The notes beneath the pieces were generated by a model that was not told where the DNA came from, made no database searches, and saw only the letters and a list, made by a program, of their open reading frames with translations. From Octopus sinensis (lineage: Eukaryota), in the NCBI RefSeq assembly GCF_006345805.1, contig NC_043005.1, positions 34,534,001 through 34,598,000 of the forward strand: DNA of 64,000 bases, read 5' to 3'. Positions 61,401 through 64,000 of the stretch are shown piece by piece. Each line of letters starts with the position of its first letter. Within the stretch, counting starts at the first letter, position 1. The position numbers were made by a program, and so were the translations under genes.

Positions 61401-62653
61401 GTTCCATATCTTAAATGATCACGAAGAAGAATCATTGATCACAACCAGAAATACTACTTCAAGGTTTCATGTGATTAACTACCTCTTGACCATTTGTTTA
61501 TAAACAGAGTTGACTAAGAATAAGACCAAACAATCAAACTTCATCGGACACTATGTTAAAATTTGAGACAGCTAATAAGTGCCATTCCTATCTGGGAGAT
61601 TGTTCTAGAATTTAATGAAGGCAGATTAAAGATTTTACTTTATGTCAACAAAATGACATAAAAGATAATATATGGCCCGTTTTTTGTTACCTTGATAGTC
61701 AGAAGAAGAGGAACTGGTGATCAGTAATACCTGTGAAGCACCAAGAAGTATCGGAGAGTAATCTCTGCTACTTCTCAGTGCTATGCACATATATACATAC
61801 ACACAAGTATATATCTGTGTTTGATTTTATGTATAGTTGTTACAAAAACAGTCAAATATTAATTGAAGGATCCTCCAATACAATTAAGTAGAAATCCTCA
61901 CGCTTATTTTTACAAGTAAAAGGTTGACAGTGTCTTCAAAGTCTCTGATAAGTTGCCTACATAAGACTGTAAAGTATTTTGGTTCACCAAATAATATACA
62001 TATTGTTGGTTCATCTTGTGGTAAGTCACAGTAGTTGTAAGGTAGGTGAGATTTAATATTGATTTTTGTGACATATCAACTCTGAAAGATGAAAGACAAA
62101 GTTGACCTCAGTGGGATTTGAAGCACAAGACATACTTTTCGATATTTTAAGGACACAGATCAGTTACCATTTAGCTGCTGCATATATGTTGTTGTTGCTT
62201 AGCCCCAGCTCAGCCCTCCTGCATTTCCCTAGAGTCGTTGCATTTAGCTCCATATCATTCAATGTAGCTTACATTTTAAAATGGTTGGGTGTCCTTTGAA
62301 GGAGATTTAGTTGCTATTCCTAGCAGGATAAGTAACTATACAGAAGGCTTTCTGTGTCTTTTGAAGGAGATTTGTTTGTTATTCCTAGCAGTTTGAACCC
62401 TTATACAAGTGGTGTCTTCCTGCTGGTTTGCTGTGTGGCAGTGAAATGTCTGTGTTGTTATATTGACACAGAACAGAACTTTAATAAAATTGAAGAATTA
62501 TATAAAAATAACAGAAATGGTTGTGGTTAACAGTAAAAACTGAAAAGAATTTGAATGAAAATATTAACTGACAGCCAATTGTTTCACTTACTTTGGATAG
62601 AAGCTGTTATCAGGGGCATCATTTAACATCACATCTGTCACATCTAAATAAAA
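21619..62653 (-). CDS. UBA6: Ubiquitin-like modifier-activating enzyme 6 (E1), C-terminal ~623 aa in 22 exons; 5' part outside the window
   Basis: Exons join in phase (1872 nt). Motifs: [38 protein letters not shown], catalytic [30 protein letters not shown]6-diagnostic features (versus UBA1): [21 protein letters not shown] and C-terminal PGPPLRYYF. Confidence 0.95.
22530..22624 (-). CDS. UBA6: UBA6 exon ([22 protein letters not shown])
   Basis: motif; AG/GTAATG. Confidence 0.94.
22920..23140. mobile_element. piggyBac-like TTAA MITE family B
   Basis: TTAA on both sides; TIRs CCCTTTAG...CTAAAGGG. Confidence 0.85.
23738..23825 (-). CDS. UBA6: UBA6 exon (UFD: [17 protein letters not shown])
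   Basis: motif; AG/GTAAGA. Confidence 0.94.
23945..25370 (-). mobile_element. Second, internally deleted Chapaev3-like element
   Basis: Minus-strand [40 protein letters not shown]...DEQGEQFH; CACTG terminus at 25370; inverted subterminal similarity ~23945-24013 vs 25243-25300; SINE inserted ~24645-24870. Confidence 0.75.
27640..27767 (-). CDS. UBA6: UBA6 exon (AAVELLKV...[11 protein letters not shown]...SEP)
   Basis: motif; AG/GTGAGT. Confidence 0.94.
28730..29255 (+). mobile_element. HERO-like (restriction-like endonuclease) LINE 3' fragment
   Basis: Decayed ELSVAW...K.RKYAEL...VGCR....LGI....QKAI....EA...ASKWLWIR followed by a HERO-type 3'UTR. Confidence 0.65.
29352..29465 (-). CDS. UBA6: UBA6 exon ([10 protein letters not shown]...[20 protein letters not shown])
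   Basis: motif; AG and weak GTCTGT donor. Confidence 0.93.
31672..31751 (-). CDS. UBA6: UBA6 exon ([26 protein letters not shown])
   Basis: motif; AG/GTGAGT. Confidence 0.95.
32655..33831 (-). mobile_element. Mariner (DD34D, Mos1/SETMAR-like) transposon fossil
   Basis: TA + TIR TTGGGTCATCTCATAAATAATG at 33831; HTH LYEF...WFLKFRAG; [32 protein letters not shown]; stops and frameshifts; other TIR not found. Confidence 0.9.
33990..34240 (+). mobile_element. tRNA-headed CORE-type SINE (related copy ~22660-22915)
   Basis: A/B-box-like head followed by a TTGTGTxCTTGAGCAAG..ACTTxATTTC-like core. Confidence 0.55.
34478..34577 (-). CDS. UBA6: UBA6 exon ([10 protein letters not shown]...)
   Basis: IETDE motif; AAG acceptor, GTGAGT donor; phase fits. 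Confidence 0.88.
35333..35404 (-). CDS. UBA6: UBA6 exon ([24 protein letters not shown])
   Basis: motif; AG/GTAAGA. Confidence 0.92.
35830..36490 (-). mobile_element. R4/Dong-clade LINE 3' fragment in (TAA)n
   Basis: CRMCG...HI...C zinc knuckle, RHDKV, PDIV..., EK.DKY.DL, ALLGTA.IL; (TAA)n on both flanks. Confidence 0.85.
37537..37751. mobile_element. piggyBac-like MITE family B copy (also 45198-45406 inverted, ~30506-30710 partial)
   Basis: TTAA-CCCTTTAGCATTT...AAATGCTAAACAG-TTAA; internal similarity to 22920-23140. Confidence 0.8.
37813..37882 (-). CDS. UBA6: UBA6 exon ([23 protein letters not shown])
   Basis: motif; AG/GTTTGT. Confidence 0.9.
38180..38470 (+). pseudogene. Decayed CR1-Zenon-like LINE fragment
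   Basis: LYKA...CSYIWDG...LDYIQK...QPL.H...FYHYYNG.HSSEL. Confidence 0.55.
39053..39116 (-). CDS. UBA6: UBA6 exon ([16 protein letters not shown])
   Basis: UBA6-type motif; AG/GTAAGC. Confidence 0.95.
40840..41230 (-). mobile_element. Major composite tRNA-derived SINE, full length (copies ~132-512, 24645-24870, 49085-49610, 54410-54790 on -; 10735-10900, 12495-12680, 17955-18130, 48205-48350 on +)
   Basis: Head GGAGTGGCTGTGTGGTAAG...GGTTCAGTCCCAC, internal (TA/CA)n, tail CCAGCATGRCCACAGTCAAATGACTGAAAC + (TAAAAGAG)n. Confidence 0.85.
41437..41611. repeat. Compound (TA)n/(TACA)n microsatellite (others at 7470-7558, 26075-26108, 39555-39585, 48560-48660, 49262-49452)
   Basis: direct inspection. 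Confidence 0.95.
41913..41964 (-). CDS. UBA6: UBA6 exon ([17 protein letters not shown])
   Basis: motif; AG/GTAAGA. Confidence 0.94.
42650..43010. repeat. Foldback: ~170-bp imperfect arms, ~20-nt loop
   Basis: AAAGTTTTACAAAAAACCTTTATATTTCA vs TGAAATATAAAGGTTTTTTGTAAAACTTT; AACTCTCCAACT vs AGTTGGAGAGTT. Confidence 0.9.
43200..43328 (-). CDS. UBA6: UBA6 exon (...[22 protein letters not shown])
   Basis: motif; AG/GTAAGC. Confidence 0.94.
43779..44139. repeat. Diverged 33-bp minisatellite, ~11 copies
   Basis: Unit consensus AATGTGTTTACTATACTAGAACCATGAACATCT. Confidence 0.85.
44574..44654 (-). CDS. UBA6: UBA6 exon ([16 protein letters not shown]...)
   Basis: motif; AG/GTAAGC. Confidence 0.93.
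47118..47207 (-). CDS. UBA6: UBA6 catalytic-cysteine exon ([30 protein letters not shown])
   Basis: PxCTxxxxP active site, Cys codon at 47177-47175; AG/GTAAGT. Confidence 0.96.
49945..50050 (-). CDS. UBA6: UBA6 exon ([35 protein letters not shown])
   Basis: motif; AG/GTAAGG. Confidence 0.95.
51340..53459 (+). mobile_element. Tigger/pogo DNA transposon with both TIRs, pseudogenised
   Basis: TA TSDs; TIRs (C/T)AGTAGAACCTTGCAGTATGA and TCGTACTGCAAGGTATCACTG; [20 protein letters not shown]; [32 protein letters not shown]; many stops and frameshifts. Confidence 0.92.
53586..53691 (-). CDS. UBA6: UBA6 exon ([11 protein letters not shown]...[14 protein letters not shown])
   Basis: motif; AG/GTAAG. 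Confidence 0.95.
55105..55412. repeat. Foldback: ~120-bp imperfect arms
   Basis: GATACAACATAGATCCACATATAC vs GTATATGTGGATCTATGTTGTATC; TAATAAACACTACACA vs TGTGTAGTGTTTATTA. Confidence 0.9.
55821..55850 (-). CDS. UBA6: UBA6 30-nt micro-exon (LKIDAHQNK)
   Basis: matches KIDAHxNKV; AG/GTAAAG; phase 1-1. Confidence 0.9.
56547..56595 (-). CDS. UBA6: UBA6 exon ([16 protein letters not shown])
   Basis: motif; AG/GTGAGT. Confidence 0.92.
56705..56782 (-). CDS. UBA6: UBA6 exon ([26 protein letters not shown])
   Basis: motif; AG/GTAAGT. Confidence 0.95.
57713..57790 (-). CDS. UBA6: UBA6 exon ([18 protein letters not shown]..., ATP-binding GxGxxG)
   Basis: motif; AG/GTTTGT. Confidence 0.95.
58455..58554 (+). 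repeat. 4 x 25-bp tandem repeat at the Dong 5' junction
   Basis: GGATCGACTACAAAAAGGCGTTT(A/G)A at 58455, 58480, 58505, 58530. Confidence 0.95.
58455..60468 (+). mobile_element. 5'-truncated R4/Dong-clade LINE (RT + CCHC + RLE) in (AAT)n
   Basis: [40 protein letters not shown]...HI...C, RHD, RPDIV..IDVS.P..EKLSKY; few stops; (AAT)n on both flanks. Confidence 0.93.
60500..60950. repeat. Unclassified ~450-bp element bounded by (AAT)n
   Basis: Non-coding block between two AAT tracts directly after the Dong 3' end. Confidence 0.35.
61027..61105 (-). CDS. UBA6: UBA6 exon ([26 protein letters not shown])
   Basis: DRYD..CIG motif; AAG acceptor, GTGAGT donor. Confidence 0.92.
62592..62653 (-). CDS. 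UBA6: UBA6 exon ([21 protein letters not shown])
   Basis: AG/GTAAGT; phase fits the next exon. Confidence 0.8.
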
Positions 62654-64000
62654 CTGTCAAAGAACAAACACCAACATAAAAATAAATAATAATAATAATA
62701 ATAATAATATAATAATAATAATAATAAGACACAGAAACACTAATACAACCCAGTAGGACAACAGAAAAATAACTGTAAAAGACTGGAATATCTAGTTTCC
62801 TGTGAGTATTTTGAATTTCCCTCAAAATAAGTTAAGGAACTTACATATCTACACATAAACAATCAGCTTTGAAACTTTTAATATTTACACCTTCTGTGAA
62901 TACCTTTCATCCCCCCACCCCACTGAGTATTCGAAAATGTAAACAACCTCTTTATTTCAAGAACACTACAGTTTTCTCTGTTCTGACAGACAAAAGATCA
63001 TCTCCAGCAAATTTTTAAAACTTCATATCTACAATTTTCTGTGAAAAAATTTTAACTTCCTTTTCTTTCCATTCCTTTTTACCTAAATATTAAAAAATGG
63101 AAACAGCCTTTTTATTGAAAAAAAAAAAAACACCACAGTTTTCTCTGAATAAACATTTATAAATATCTCCAATTTTGTGTGAACATTTTATCTTCCCTTC
63201 TTCCCTGACTAACAGAATATGTAAACATGCCTTTTATTGTAACAACACAATTAAATGCACGATAAAAAATTAAGGAAGTAAGCACCTGCCAATATATACA
63301 TACTACACAACTAAAGATCTCTAAACCACAGCAAAACTTTTTAAAAAAAAAGAAAAATTCCAAAAGAAAAAGAAATTCAGAAATTCAAACATCCAACAAG
63401 GTGAACATATCTTCTTCCAACTATTTCCAACTATTTCTACAATTTCCTGTGAATATTTTAAAACTCCCTCAAAATAAAATAAGTTAGGAAACTTACATAC
63501 CTAGGGCTTTCAAACACACAAACGATCAGCTTAAAAAAAAGAAAACTTTTAATATCTACAACTTATGTGTGAATACTTATCCTTTCTTCTCTCCCTGAGT
63601 ATTCGAAAATGTAAACATCATCCTCATTTTTATTCTAAGAACATTACCATTTCTCTCTTCACTCCCAAATAACTATCAAACAGCTATCGATAATTCAACC
63701 CAACCAATTCCTACCAGGAAGAAATTACATTCGAGACTTTACCCCAACTTCTGCTAATAGCTGCTGCAGCCGCAAGTTATTTGAATCTTTTTTTTGTTTA
63801 AACTTTCTTTATAACTACCACCCCAAACGTTTTACCTTAAATTTTTGACGCACCCTAAGGGTCCTCGGACGCTACTTGCAAACTCTTGGTTTATCATAAA
63901 CCGCTTTTGTCGTGTGCACCAAAAAACCTTTTCCATTTGTTTGTTCAGTTTGGTCACTTTTGACTTTTACGTTGTTGTCACTCACATTGCTGCCCACTTT

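Noticed and set aside
21619-62653. UBA1 or UBA7 identity for the E1 gene
   Set aside because: FWQSPKRPP, YVPxxPGHxKRL and PGPPxRYYF are UBA6-type; UBA1 has FWSGPKRCP and EVPYVRY.

Overview
Eukaryotic, AT-rich, repeat-dense genomic DNA; the SINE/RTE/Dong repertoire and microsatellite load suggest a coleoid cephalopod, probably Octopus (inference). Two convergent spliced genes were reconstructed by hand, with GT-AG junctions and reading phase checked. IFT46 (+) is complete: 11 coding exons, 3104-20719, 359 aa. UBA6 (-) contributes its last 22 coding exons (62653-21619, about 623 aa: adenylation, catalytic-Cys and UFD domains) and its 5' part lies beyond the window. Introns hold fossils of CR1, RTE, HERO and R4/Dong LINEs, Chapaev3-like, mariner, Tigger, Helitron, hAT and piggyBac-like DNA elements, and many SINEs. 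The most notable unexplained signal is a set of Penelope/retrozyme-type type I hammerhead ribozyme motifs (one apparently intact at 7723-7767, several decayed). The best-preserved ones are all antisense to their host gene, and some are tied to long foldback hairpins. Other leads: candidate restorative A-to-I sites and a UBA1-like specificity residue in UBA6, a duplicated structured intronic element, and a CpG-retaining segment inside a UBA6 intron. Protein family calls rest on recalled motifs, not database searches.
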